The translations under genes were made by a program, and so were the position numbers. A stretch of DNA of 64,000 nucleotides from a virus (Duplodnaviria > Heunggongvirae > Uroviricota > Caudoviricetes), in IMG/VR virus record IMGVR_UViG_3300037512_000782, positions 60,732 through 124,731 of that record; one strand, 5' to 3'. Below the pieces are notes generated by a model. The model had not been told where the DNA came from. It saw nothing but the letters and a program-made list of their open reading frames with translations, and did no database searches. Position 1 is the first letter of the stretch. Each line of letters starts with the position of its first letter. Positions 1 through 8,841 of this stretch are shown here, one piece after another.

Positions 1-59
1 TCAGCTTCCACCGCTTCTTCCAGCGCCGCATCAGGAATATTAGCATAGGAAAAGGACAT
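1..59 (-). CDS. 5' end of a CDS running off the window (MSFSYANIPDAALEEAVEA...)
   Basis: ATG at 59-57 with AAGG upstream; open frame to the window edge, downstream of gp32. Confidence 0.5.
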   Translation of the reverse strand, partial: MSFSYANIPDAALEEAVEA

Positions 60-77
60 AGTAAAACCTTAAATAAA

Positions 78-106
78 GTGGCGCTCAATGGTTAGTCGAG
101 CGCCAC
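78..106 (-). terminator. hairpin downstream of gp32
   Basis: GTGGCGCTC...GAGCGCCAC stem followed by TTTATTT on the minus strand. Confidence 0.5.
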
Positions 107-144
107 AGTGCCAAAGCCATTTCTAGCTGAAAAAACGGAAAAGA

Positions 145-1320
145 CTAGAATGGCAGTTCGGTATCGTCGTCATCGCCTTCTGGCAACTGGTTGGCCATCG
201 CAGCGGCGGTAGCGGCCTGAGCGGCAGCGCGACGTGCGGCGAACGCATTGTTAGCAGCCGGAGCTTCTTGTGCCGGAGCAGCGCTAGCGCCGCTTACGAG
301 CATTTCGTCTTCGTCTGGTTCCTTTGCGGGGGCTGGATCCATGTCGGCGGAGTTGCCGAGGAAGTCAGCACCAGCAACCTTGGTAGTTGCACGGTTGGCG
401 TAATTCGGATTCGGAGCCGCGCCGAAGCTAGCGTTGCTGGCCGTGAAGCCACCTTCGCCATCACCAGCGGACTGAGCGTTGGATGCCTTCTCAAGGAATT
501 CACGCCACTTAGCGGCAGCAGTTGCTTCGTCCGGAATATCGGCCAAGAACTTTGTTAAGTCATGGCAGTTATTGAGGATTTCGAGCATTTCTTCCTTCGT
601 GTCAGCGAGCGGAGTCGATTCTGCCACGTAGTCAGAGCCGTCGTAAGAAGTCATGTTCTTTGCAGCATCCCAGCTGACAATAACACCAAAGTCGACACCC
701 TTGGTCGGAGAGTGAGGAATGAACTTGCGGCGTTCCTTCTTCATCTTGGCCAAAGCGCCCTTGGCTGGGGCACCATTTGCATTCTGGACTTCAGCTTCGA
801 CACTGTCATCGAACGGGGCTCGTAACGTGCGTTCCACAGCGTCGCTGTGACGCCACACGAGAACCTTACCATTGTTGGCAGACTTGTTATCGTCTTCACG
901 AACGAGGATGTTCGTATGCCATTCCGGACGAGCAGTCATGCCAGTCCATACCTTGAGGTGCTTGTCACCCTTTTCGTACTTCTTGGCGAGTTCGTTATAG
1001 CGATCCCAAATTGCGCGGCAGATGGGGCAGTCCTGGCCCGGTGTGTTACGGCAGCACTTCACTTCCATGTGAACGCCATTCAACTTGAGGTGGTGATAAA
1101 GAACCTTCACGCTCGGATAGGTCTTGTTCTTGACGCCTTCGATACCTTGCGGCAGAAGACGGATGATTGCGCTGTAGCTAGGATTGCGCTTGCTCACGCT
1201 AGGCTTCCAGCGAGTCGGGTCAACTTTGCCACCAATCGAAGTGGCTTCGTCGAGGTTGGACACGGTGTCGATGTCGAGATCGAGAAAATCGGCATCAGCT
1301 TGGGTATTCTTGGTAGTCAT
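145..1320 (-). CDS. gp32: T4 gp32-like single-stranded DNA-binding protein
   Basis: AIIRLLP, C-x8-CPIC zinc motif, NILVREDD..NNGKV, SYDGS, acidic C-terminus ending ELPF; AAGGAG RBS. Confidence 0.9.
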   Translation of the reverse strand: MTTKNTQADADFLDLDIDTVSNLDEATSIGGKVDPTRWKPSVSKRNPSYSAIIRLLPQGIEGVKNKTYPSVKVLYHHLKLNGVHMEVKCCRNTPGQDCPICRAIWDRYNELAKKYEKGDKHLKVWTGMTARPEWHTNILVREDDNKSANNGKVLVWRHSDAVERTLRAPFDDSVEAEVQNANGAPAKGALAKMKKERRKFIPHSPTKGVDFGVIVSWDAAKNMTSYDGSDYVAESTPLADTKEEMLEILNNCHDLTKFLADIPDEATAAAKWREFLEKASNAQSAGDGEGGFTASNASFGAAPNPNYANRATTKVAGADFLGNSADMDPAPAKEPDEDEMLVSGASAAPAQEAPAANNAFAARRAAAQAATAAAMANQLPEGDDDDTELPF

Positions 1321-1379
1321 GGGGATTACTCCTTGGATATCATTGGTTTAACTTAGGGTTATTTATGGTTTAACGTGTT

Positions 1380-1413
1380 TTGGTGATTTTGTTGTAGCTG
1401 ACCACCAACAGCT
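1380..1413 (-). promoter_or_regulatory. predicted H-type RNA pseudoknot in the gp32 leader
   Basis: mRNA AGCUG-UUGGUGGU-CAGCU-ACAACAAA-AUCACCAA: stem 1 AGCUG/CAGCU, loop pairs with AUCACCAA. Confidence 0.6.
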
Positions 1414-1419
1414 GGACAA

Positions 1420-1448
1420 ATAGTAGAAAGAATAAATTTGAATTGCAA
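1420..1448 (-). promoter_or_regulatory. sigma70-like promoter for gp32
   Basis: TTGCAA-17 bp (starts TTCAAA)-TACTAT. Confidence 0.7.
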
Positions 1449-1453
1449 ATCGG

Positions 1454-2122
1454 CTATTTTGACGCTTTTTCGGCGCTTTCTTTGTTGTGAGTCAACAAGA
1501 GCATTGCGTCATGACGCTTCAATGCGGCATCAACTTGTTCTTCGAGGTTTTCTGGAAGTTCGAAGTCGAGATCGTCAAGGTGAGCTTCCTTCAATGAGGC
1601 AGTCACTTCGTCCATCAAGGAATCGAAATCCCATGTCAACTGCTTGGAAATTACGTTGTTGATAACGCAAAGATCGGAGAACTTCGCGGCATCACCAACC
1701 AGCTTCTCGTTGTCGACTTCTTCCACATTGTTCGGATCGAAATCGTCCTTGATATGCAGAGAACCGTCTTCATCGATGTCGAGAACATTTGCAGCATCTT
1801 CGTCGGTCATGGCAGTTTCTTGCTTGACTTCCTCGTCGTCGCGAGCGTATTCTTCAGCAATCTGCATGTAGCTTTTGCCGATGAACGGATTGCGCTTCTG
1901 CTGCTCCACGAGCCACTTGTTGTAGGCTTCGGTACGAACCATCACGCCAGTACCAGCGCCGCCGAAACCTTCTCCGTCCTTACCGGAACCGGAGCCGATG
2001 TTCACGATGGCCTTGGTAAGTTCATCACGCTTTTCGAGTGCGGTCTTTTCGTACTCGGCGTTATCCTTTTCGTGCTGGTCGACAATCTTCTTGTACTTAG
2101 ATCCAAACTTAAAATGTGACAT
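1454..2122 (-). CDS. hypothetical acidic protein
   Basis: 222-aa ORF with phage-typical codon use, in the operon with the helicase and gp32. Confidence 0.7.
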   Translation of the reverse strand: MSHFKFGSKYKKIVDQHEKDNAEYEKTALEKRDELTKAIVNIGSGSGKDGEGFGGAGTGVMVRTEAYNKWLVEQQKRNPFIGKSYMQIAEEYARDDEEVKQETAMTDEDAANVLDIDEDGSLHIKDDFDPNNVEEVDNEKLVGDAAKFSDLCVINNVISKQLTWDFDSLMDEVTASLKEAHLDDLDFELPENLEEQVDAALKRHDAMLLLTHNKESAEKASK

Positions 2123-2136
2123 ACAAAACCTAAAAA

Positions 2137-2658
2137 CTAATCGTTCAATCCCGCCATAATAAAGGCTTCTTCTTCTGGATCTTCTTCAGTAAGTTTATCA
2201 AGATACTCTTGCGAGAGCTTGATCGGCTCGCTGATTTCTTGTTCAGATTCATCGGCACGAGTAGCGGCGTTCTCGATATCCGATTCAGAAGCGTTGATGC
2301 CAGCCTCCTTCGCTACCAGCAGCTTGATATCCATATCAAGCATCGCCGCCAGCTTATTCGCGTCCACCATCTTCTCGATGGCGACCAACAGCTGCATCAT
2401 GCCAAAGTCCTTCTTACAAAACTTGTTGTACATCCACCAGAGGCCAGCATTTATCTTCTCGCTGTACTTCTTCAAGGTAGCTTCGGGCATGGTAAGAACC
2501 AAGCAAGCGTCACCCGGAAATCTCGGTGTCTTCAAGTATTCATCAAAGACTTCGCGAATCTTGCCGTGTCGAGAGTCATCCAGTTCGATGTCCTCCAACT
2601 GGACAACTTCTTCATCAGCGTCGTCAGTTAAATATTTCCCCAGTACGTCCATAGACAT
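2137..2658 (-). CDS. hypothetical protein (weak resemblance to late co-activator gp33)
   Basis: 173-aa ORF with AGGA RBS; KLAAMLDMDIKLLVAKEA loosely recalls the gp33 core; lies near gp32; product uncertain. Confidence 0.6.
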   Translation of the reverse strand: MSMDVLGKYLTDDADEEVVQLEDIELDDSRHGKIREVFDEYLKTPRFPGDACLVLTMPEATLKKYSEKINAGLWWMYNKFCKKDFGMMQLLVAIEKMVDANKLAAMLDMDIKLLVAKEAGINASESDIENAATRADESEQEISEPIKLSQEYLDKLTEEDPEEEAFIMAGLND

Positions 2659-2687
2659 TTCCTATTGGAGTTACTGGAGAAATTACT

Positions 2688-4190
2688 TTAAAACTGGCTG
2701 TAAATACTCTGCATGCTCGCTACGGCAGCTTGCTGCTTGTCGTTCAACTTCTGGCCTCTAGGGGCACCGCCACCACGATTTCCGCCGCCAGTACCCACAC
2801 GGACATTCTGATTCATGCCACCAGTCGCCTCGGCAGCGATCTGGGCTTGGGTAAGGGCATCGGTGTAAGCGGCGATATCGTCCGTAGTTGCGTCATACCA
2901 GCGCATCGTATTGTAGTCGTACTTCGTGTAGAACATGACTTCGTTTTCGCCGAAGCGGTTCTTCTTCACGAAGTTGGCGTACATATTCTGCTTCTTCAAG
3001 AGGTCGTCACGAGTAATCGTAATCATGATGTCGGCGGTTTCAGCAAAGCCAGCTGAACCAGACACCGATTCGAGACCAGCATCGAGCCTAGAGTAGCCAG
3101 AACGGTTGAACTGGACTGCGGAAATGCCGACCATGTTGCGGTCGATGCAAAGTTCGCGGATCTGTTCGGCCTTCTCTTGGCCATCGAGGTACATGCTTTC
3201 CATCGTGCGGTGAGTACGGTTCGGCTTCATGATGCCGATGTAGTCCACCACGAGGACATCCGGATTCTTCTTGTAGATGGAGTAGAACTGGTCGACACGA
3301 GCTTCGATTTCTGCCGGAGTCGTAGTCGTCTTCATACGGATAACCTTCAAGCGGCCAAGGCGCTCGACACCAGGTATCTTCGTATTCTCGATAAGCTTAC
3401 GACATTCGTCGACAGAGAGGTCGGCCACTTCGTACTGCGGCACACCAGTAAGGTTGGCGGCAAGACGACGCCATACGTATTCTTCGGAAAGTTCCAGAGA
3501 AATGTAAAGCACGTCGTAGCCGTAACGTATAAAGTTACAAGCATCGGAACCCATCACAAGCGACTTACCGACGTTGGGCTGGCCAACGAACAAGGTCATC
3601 GTCTTGCGAGGATATCCACCAGAGTTGGGGTCTGTCTTGACTTGAGCCGTGTACTGATTGATAGGGCCGATTGCGGAACGAATCGGATGTGACATTTCCT
3701 TCAATCTGCGCTGTGCTTCCTCGATGTCTTCGACGAGGTCGAGACCCAATCCCATGTGGAGACTGAAGTTCAGCCTATCACGGAGAACTGGAAGCAAGTC
3801 ACGGATTTTCTCGGTATCATTGTCGTACAATGCAGTCGCGGCATCGCGCAACGCATTTTCCGTCGCCTTCTCTTGATAGAAGTTTTCAAGCAAAGTAATG
3901 ACGTAGTCCTGTTTCATGTACGGAACTTCGGCATTACAGATAGCAAGCAGCTTCTGTCGAGCAGTTTCGCTCAATCCGCTGTTGGCGAGACCGACGATAA
4001 GCTCTTGCGCTTGCGGCCTACGGTTATACTTGCGGATGAACTTTCGGATGATACCAATAAGGGTTTTGTTCGTAGCATCGGAATAGAGCTTGTCATCAAG
4101 GAACGACACCATCTTAGGAGCTATGTCGAAGTCCATAAGATAAGTGCGGAGAACAAGGTCTTCCCTAGTCAAATCATATACAGCAGCCAT
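2688..4190 (-). CDS. gp41: replicative DnaB-family helicase (T4 gp41-like)
   Basis: Walker A GQPNVGKS, VLYISLELSE, VVDYIGIM, SAVQFNRSG, KNRFG. Confidence 0.93.
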   Translation of the reverse strand: MAAVYDLTREDLVLRTYLMDFDIAPKMVSFLDDKLYSDATNKTLIGIIRKFIRKYNRRPQAQELIVGLANSGLSETARQKLLAICNAEVPYMKQDYVITLLENFYQEKATENALRDAATALYDNDTEKIRDLLPVLRDRLNFSLHMGLGLDLVEDIEEAQRRLKEMSHPIRSAIGPINQYTAQVKTDPNSGGYPRKTMTLFVGQPNVGKSLVMGSDACNFIRYGYDVLYISLELSEEYVWRRLAANLTGVPQYEVADLSVDECRKLIENTKIPGVERLGRLKVIRMKTTTTPAEIEARVDQFYSIYKKNPDVLVVDYIGIMKPNRTHRTMESMYLDGQEKAEQIRELCIDRNMVGISAVQFNRSGYSRLDAGLESVSGSAGFAETADIMITITRDDLLKKQNMYANFVKKNRFGENEVMFYTKYDYNTMRWYDATTDDIAAYTDALTQAQIAAEATGGMNQNVRVGTGGGNRGGGAPRGQKLNDKQQAAVASMQSIYSQF

Positions 4191-4207
4191 AAGTACTCAC
4201 AAGATAA

Positions 4208-4225
4208 CGCACCCTTTCGGGTGCG
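4208..4225 (-). terminator. GC-rich hairpin with GAAA loop between uvsX and gp41
   Basis: CGCACCC-GAAA-GGGTGCG on the minus strand; weak U-tract. Confidence 0.4.
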
Positions 4226-4241
4226 ATTGAAACAGCAAAGA

Positions 4242-5507
4242 TTAGTCTTCGCCGTTGACTCCCTTGCGCAAGCTTTCAGCCTTCGCAGCATCGGCGAGAT
4301 TCAAGTCTTCGATTGCTTCGTCGATTTCGGAATCTTCGACTTCTGGAGCATCGTTGTCTTCGGCAGAACCGAGTGAAGGCGGACGGAACTTGTATTCCTT
4401 CTTCACGTACTCGTTGATTTCTTCGAGGATAGTGCCGATGTATTCCTTGCGGTCAACCTTGCTGGCAAGGCAGACGATCCAGTCCTTCGGATCCTTCTTC
4501 TTGTCCATGATGACGTAGCAAGTCTTGCGAGTCTTCTGGCCGTTACCGTCCTTCGGCATCTTCTCAACGAGTTCTGGATACTTGGAAGCAGAGAACTCTT
4601 CGATGAGGCCAGCGTCGAGAGCGACGTTGTGCAAGCCGTAGAACTTGTTCAGACCAGTGTTGTAGTCAAGATAGAGCATGGCGGTCTTCCTGGGCTTCAC
4701 CATACGGCTCTTGAACACGGTGGCTTCAAGGATGATACCCTTGACTTCCTTGGTGTTGCGGTCAGGCACGTCGAGAGTCTTGCGCATCGTCAAGATGACG
4801 GAAGCGAAGTACTTGGCACCTTCACCGTTAGCGATGCGCTTCGGATCACCGTAGCCATCGGTAGCCATGTAAATGTGGTTGGTAATGAACATCGGAATGC
4901 CGAGGTTTCCGCAGCGGTTCGTGATGTTCGTGAACATGGCCTTGACCACCTTGGCCTTGGTCATGTCTTGCTTGAGTTCGCCCTTCGTGGCGTCGTTCGT
5001 AGTCTTCTTGGTAGACATACCGCCGAGAGAGTCGAGAACGAACGCAACCTTACGTTCATTCTTCATCTTCTTGCCCTTATCGGCTTCGAGAGTGTCAAGA
5101 AGTTCAGCAATAGACACAAACACGTCCTCGGCAGTCGTATGCTCTTGGACGAGCTTGAACTGGTTCGGATTGAAGCCGTTTTCTTCTATTAACTGGTCTT
5201 CATTGGTTTCGTGTTCGGTGTCGTAGTAGAAAATGTAGTAGCCCAAGTCCATCAAAGGCTTGATGAAGTTGTTCTTCATCATGTAGGACTTACCGGAGCC
5301 TTGTTCACCAGCGGCCATGAAGAATCTGTTGAGATGGAAGCCGCCGAAGATGTCGCCACATAGTAAGGCGTTCAGCATGTAGGAACCGGAATCGGCGTAG
5401 CCGTATTCTGGATGTTTGACGTTTGCGTCCGCATAACGGTCGCCCGTCTTGATTTTCTGGAAGAAGGAGAAATCGGGTTCAGCTGGGTTAGTTTTCTTTG
5501 TTGCCAT
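4242..5507 (-). CDS. uvsX: UvsX / RecA-like recombinase
   Basis: SGSYMLNALL, Walker A GEQGSGKS, YYDTE, VLDSLG, DMTKAK, ITNHIY, KSR. Confidence 0.93.
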   Translation of the reverse strand: MATKKTNPAEPDFSFFQKIKTGDRYADANVKHPEYGYADSGSYMLNALLCGDIFGGFHLNRFFMAAGEQGSGKSYMMKNNFIKPLMDLGYYIFYYDTEHETNEDQLIEENGFNPNQFKLVQEHTTAEDVFVSIAELLDTLEADKGKKMKNERKVAFVLDSLGGMSTKKTTNDATKGELKQDMTKAKVVKAMFTNITNRCGNLGIPMFITNHIYMATDGYGDPKRIANGEGAKYFASVILTMRKTLDVPDRNTKEVKGIILEATVFKSRMVKPRKTAMLYLDYNTGLNKFYGLHNVALDAGLIEEFSASKYPELVEKMPKDGNGQKTRKTCYVIMDKKKDPKDWIVCLASKVDRKEYIGTILEEINEYVKKEYKFRPPSLGSAEDNDAPEVEDSEIDEAIEDLNLADAAKAESLRKGVNGED

Positions 5508-5575
5508 ATAGCTATTCCTTATGAATAAGTGTTATTACAGTATGCCTAGAAGCGGCTTATTGGATAACAGGTGAA

Positions 5576-5604
5576 AATTTAGTTCAAATCAATTTGAATT
5601 CCAA
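5576..5604 (-). promoter_or_regulatory. sigma70-like promoter for uvsX-gp41
   Basis: TTGGAA-17 bp (starts TTCAAA)-TAAATT. Confidence 0.65.
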
Positions 5605-5610
5605 ACTGGC

Positions 5611-6543
5611 TCAAAACCGTAAATTTTGGGCATTTCCGGTTGGGAGCGCCAGTAAGTTTATACCTCCTTCCAGAGACTCCCACGCATCGGATAGGCTCAT
5701 AATGGGTGTCATGAACACATCCACCTTGTCGAACTTGACCTTCGTCCAAGGGAACTTCATGGTCTTGATTACCAGCGGTCGGCGTGTGAGTATAACGTAC
5801 GGATTGAAGTCGTTCAACTTCTTCGCGTCGTACGTGCCCTCGATATTCTGCAAAGTCAGCATCGCGACGTTGTTCACTACCCCGGTTAGCTTAACAATGG
5901 GGGCAGACTCCTTGAGTTCCACGAACGCCAGCGTCTTGTTCTTGCCAAGCGTCATGAACAATTCCTCGTACCGATGATCCTTTATTACGGACAAATACTG
6001 GCCGAGGTCGAAATAGCCCACCAGCTGGCGATGCTTAGGCATCTGGTAGCTGGTATAGACATACCTAGCGATAACTGGCTCATAGAGCTTACCGTTGTTA
6101 TCACCTAGATGCACCATCATATTGTAGATGCCCTTCAAGTCCTTTCGGCCATACTGGCGCAGCGAAAACGTACGTTTGGCAGAATCGAGTATGCGCAGAT
6201 TATGCTCCGCGCCCAGATAAAACCGAGACACAAACGGAAATCCGCTTATATTGATACGAGAACTAGCCGGAAACGTATTCAATGCGGTAACCAAGCCACT
6301 CGGCGTACAGTCGACAGCCTTCACATAGTTATTGACGACGTGGATATCGACAGTACGGCCATCCAGTCGTACCGACGGACGGCTGATACCGAACTCATTT
6401 ACATAGGGTGTATCGCTCTTGACAACGTAAGGCGCGAGCTGACCATTTTCAACCATGCCGAACTCGTCGGCTACTTCCATGTAGTCGGACAAGTAATTGT
6501 CAACATACACCACTTGTTTGGATCCGATCGTCTGTATGAACAT
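5611..6543 (-). CDS. hypothetical protein
   Basis: 310-aa ORF translationally coupled (TAATG) to the upstream gp25-domain gene. Confidence 0.7.
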   Translation of the reverse strand: MFIQTIGSKQVVYVDNYLSDYMEVADEFGMVENGQLAPYVVKSDTPYVNEFGISRPSVRLDGRTVDIHVVNNYVKAVDCTPSGLVTALNTFPASSRINISGFPFVSRFYLGAEHNLRILDSAKRTFSLRQYGRKDLKGIYNMMVHLGDNNGKLYEPVIARYVYTSYQMPKHRQLVGYFDLGQYLSVIKDHRYEELFMTLGKNKTLAFVELKESAPIVKLTGVVNNVAMLTLQNIEGTYDAKKLNDFNPYVILTRRPLVIKTMKFPWTKVKFDKVDVFMTPIMSLSDAWESLEGGINLLALPTGNAQNLRF

Positions 6544-8828
6544 TAGATCTTCCTACCACGGTTCTTGAATGGGAGCCGTATCATCTCGGTACGAGCCGAC
6601 GGCAGTACGACCGCTAGCAGCAAGTAGTACAAGTTCTCGCTATCGTCGAACTCGCAAGAACTCTGGTCGCCGTCGATAAAGACGCGAGGCTCGTACTCAT
6701 GAACCTTCTGGATACATTCTTGGATAAGAGTCAATCCATCATCTTGAGAGCCAAGCTTGAACAAGCGCTGTTCGATGCCAGTGCCGAAGTTCTGACTGAA
6801 CAAACGTTCACCTGGGTTCGTCAGCAAGATAGAGTAGACGTTCTGAATAAGGCTGGTCTCGTCAGTGACTTCGGTCATGTTGACGAAGCCCATGTCGCGG
6901 TTATACAAGGCAGTACGGCCAACCAAGTCTGGGTCAACAATTCCCGGCTTCAACTTCTTCGCCAGCGGAACGCTGCGCTGTACAGATGAATTGTCCACAT
7001 AGACATAGGCATTTTCATTGGTCAACGGAATATGCTCAACATCGCTGCGCTTACGGTAAACCATAACGCTCAATGAACCGCCTACATCGTCTGGAACGAC
7101 AACATCGAGATAAGTCGAATTGCCAGAAATAATCGGAACAAGCTTCGTACCGATCTCGACTTCATTAGCAAAGATCGACGTACCGAAATTATCGCTATCA
7201 GCGTATTTAGGAGTAATTCTCAATACTTGACCCGGTTCGGCAACTGACGAAGATAGCGTAATGTCAAACGGTTCTGGGTTCTCACTCGATTCGCCAGCCG
7301 TGAAGATGATATACGGCCTATTCTCGGTAACGGCGTTGTTAGTCGATGCGAATGTCACCGACGGTTCACCTTCGCCAATTATTCTCAACGCAATCGACGG
7401 CGTATAGGATGCGGTTCCAGACAACCACTCACGAACAATCACCGAATCCAGCGTAATGCCAACCGTCTTGTTGTAGCAATCTTCGGAAAGGTCTTCGCTG
7501 CTTGACAAAATGGCGGTATTATCCGGTCTCTTCAACGGATTCAGAATCTTGACACTACCAATCGGAATCTGCGTCACATGCTTGACCATTTCGTCATAAG
7601 ACATGTTGGAGTTCCATCCAGCAGTGTCCATCTGGTACACCATCACGATAGCCTCGCTGTAATTCATGTCTTCGACATACAGCTTCAATTCTGCAGTAGC
7701 ATCGTCCGCGCCGACAACCGAGTTCGGAGCAAACTGCATACAAACGATAGACTCGTGCTCACCACCAGCGCATACCAAGGTAGTCTGGTTTGTATGGTTC
7801 ACATCATCAGCATCATTCACGACATAGGTATCGACCGACGGATTAACCATTTCAGTCATTCGCAAATGGTCGCCCAGCAAGGCATTAGTAACCATAACGC
7901 CAGCGCTAGGAGCCTTACGCTTACGAGACGATACAAATATCGGCCAGTTCACCGGGATGCTCTTTGACGGAATTCTAGGACAATAGACCAAACGCGCCGT
8001 CGCCATAGAGTCTTCAAGAATCGCATCGACCTTCACGATAACACCATGAATGTCAAGTACACGACACATCACATTACCAATGCACAGCTGGTCATTAACT
8101 TGCAAAGAGGAGCTTAGTGCAATACATGAAAAGGCAGCAGTGCTATCACTTACTTTATTCAAAGTAACGTTACCGAAGTCGTAATAGCAGACTTCCCAAA
8201 CGGATGCCGTGTATCCGTCAGCAGATATCTCTTTAGAACCCTCGACGGTCGTATAATGTCCAATATCGTACTTGTATACCGTTCCAGACACCTTCGACAC
8301 GCAGTATGTTCCGCAAATCCTCAAATCGTCTGGGCCAAGGACATGCTTCGATGCAAGTTCGGCATTGCCGATAGTAACCGCCGTACCGTCCGCGATTTCG
8401 TCGGTATCCAGCTCAACAAATACCTCGTGGCTCTGAACTAGGATTCGTCTGACCGCGATTTCATACATCTTGCGTTCGACCAAGATGTTCATCGGATTAA
8501 CCGCGCTCATAATTGCGGATTCTGACGTTTCCGCAAAATTGCCGGAGAACCACCACATGTTTTCTCCGTTAGCTAGCGGTACAAGCAATTCCGTATTGAA
8601 CTTGTGAATATCAATACGAGGCGGCCTAAACTCGCACATCCAGTCGTCATACGCAGTACAAGGAGCATCGACGGTAAGGCCATAACCTTCCTCACCATTA
8701 TACTTCTGGCCGCTATTATACATCATGAAAAGTCGAGCACGATATTCAGACAGCTCATCGTCAGCGGTAAAGTTGACGGAGTATCCGACACGCTCATTCT
8801 GTGTTATTCTGCGTACATCCAACTGCAT
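6543..8828 (-). CDS. baseplate protein with C-terminal gp25/GPW domain and a long beta-rich N-terminal extension
   Basis: C-terminal LIQNVYSILLTNPGERLFSQNFGTGIEQRLF...YEPRV is the gp25 signature; upstream DTYV..ATAELKLYV..RPYI (DNRLRE-like) and IPT/TIG-like segments. Confidence 0.75.
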   Translation of the reverse strand: MQLDVRRITQNERVGYSVNFTADDELSEYRARLFMMYNSGQKYNGEEGYGLTVDAPCTAYDDWMCEFRPPRIDIHKFNTELLVPLANGENMWWFSGNFAETSESAIMSAVNPMNILVERKMYEIAVRRILVQSHEVFVELDTDEIADGTAVTIGNAELASKHVLGPDDLRICGTYCVSKVSGTVYKYDIGHYTTVEGSKEISADGYTASVWEVCYYDFGNVTLNKVSDSTAAFSCIALSSSLQVNDQLCIGNVMCRVLDIHGVIVKVDAILEDSMATARLVYCPRIPSKSIPVNWPIFVSSRKRKAPSAGVMVTNALLGDHLRMTEMVNPSVDTYVVNDADDVNHTNQTTLVCAGGEHESIVCMQFAPNSVVGADDATAELKLYVEDMNYSEAIVMVYQMDTAGWNSNMSYDEMVKHVTQIPIGSVKILNPLKRPDNTAILSSSEDLSEDCYNKTVGITLDSVIVREWLSGTASYTPSIALRIIGEGEPSVTFASTNNAVTENRPYIIFTAGESSENPEPFDITLSSSVAEPGQVLRITPKYADSDNFGTSIFANEVEIGTKLVPIISGNSTYLDVVVPDDVGGSLSVMVYRKRSDVEHIPLTNENAYVYVDNSSVQRSVPLAKKLKPGIVDPDLVGRTALYNRDMGFVNMTEVTDETSLIQNVYSILLTNPGERLFSQNFGTGIEQRLFKLGSQDDGLTLIQECIQKVHEYEPRVFIDGDQSSCEFDDSENLYYLLLAVVLPSARTEMIRLPFKNRGRKI

Positions 8829-8841
8829 AGTACAACCTTCT

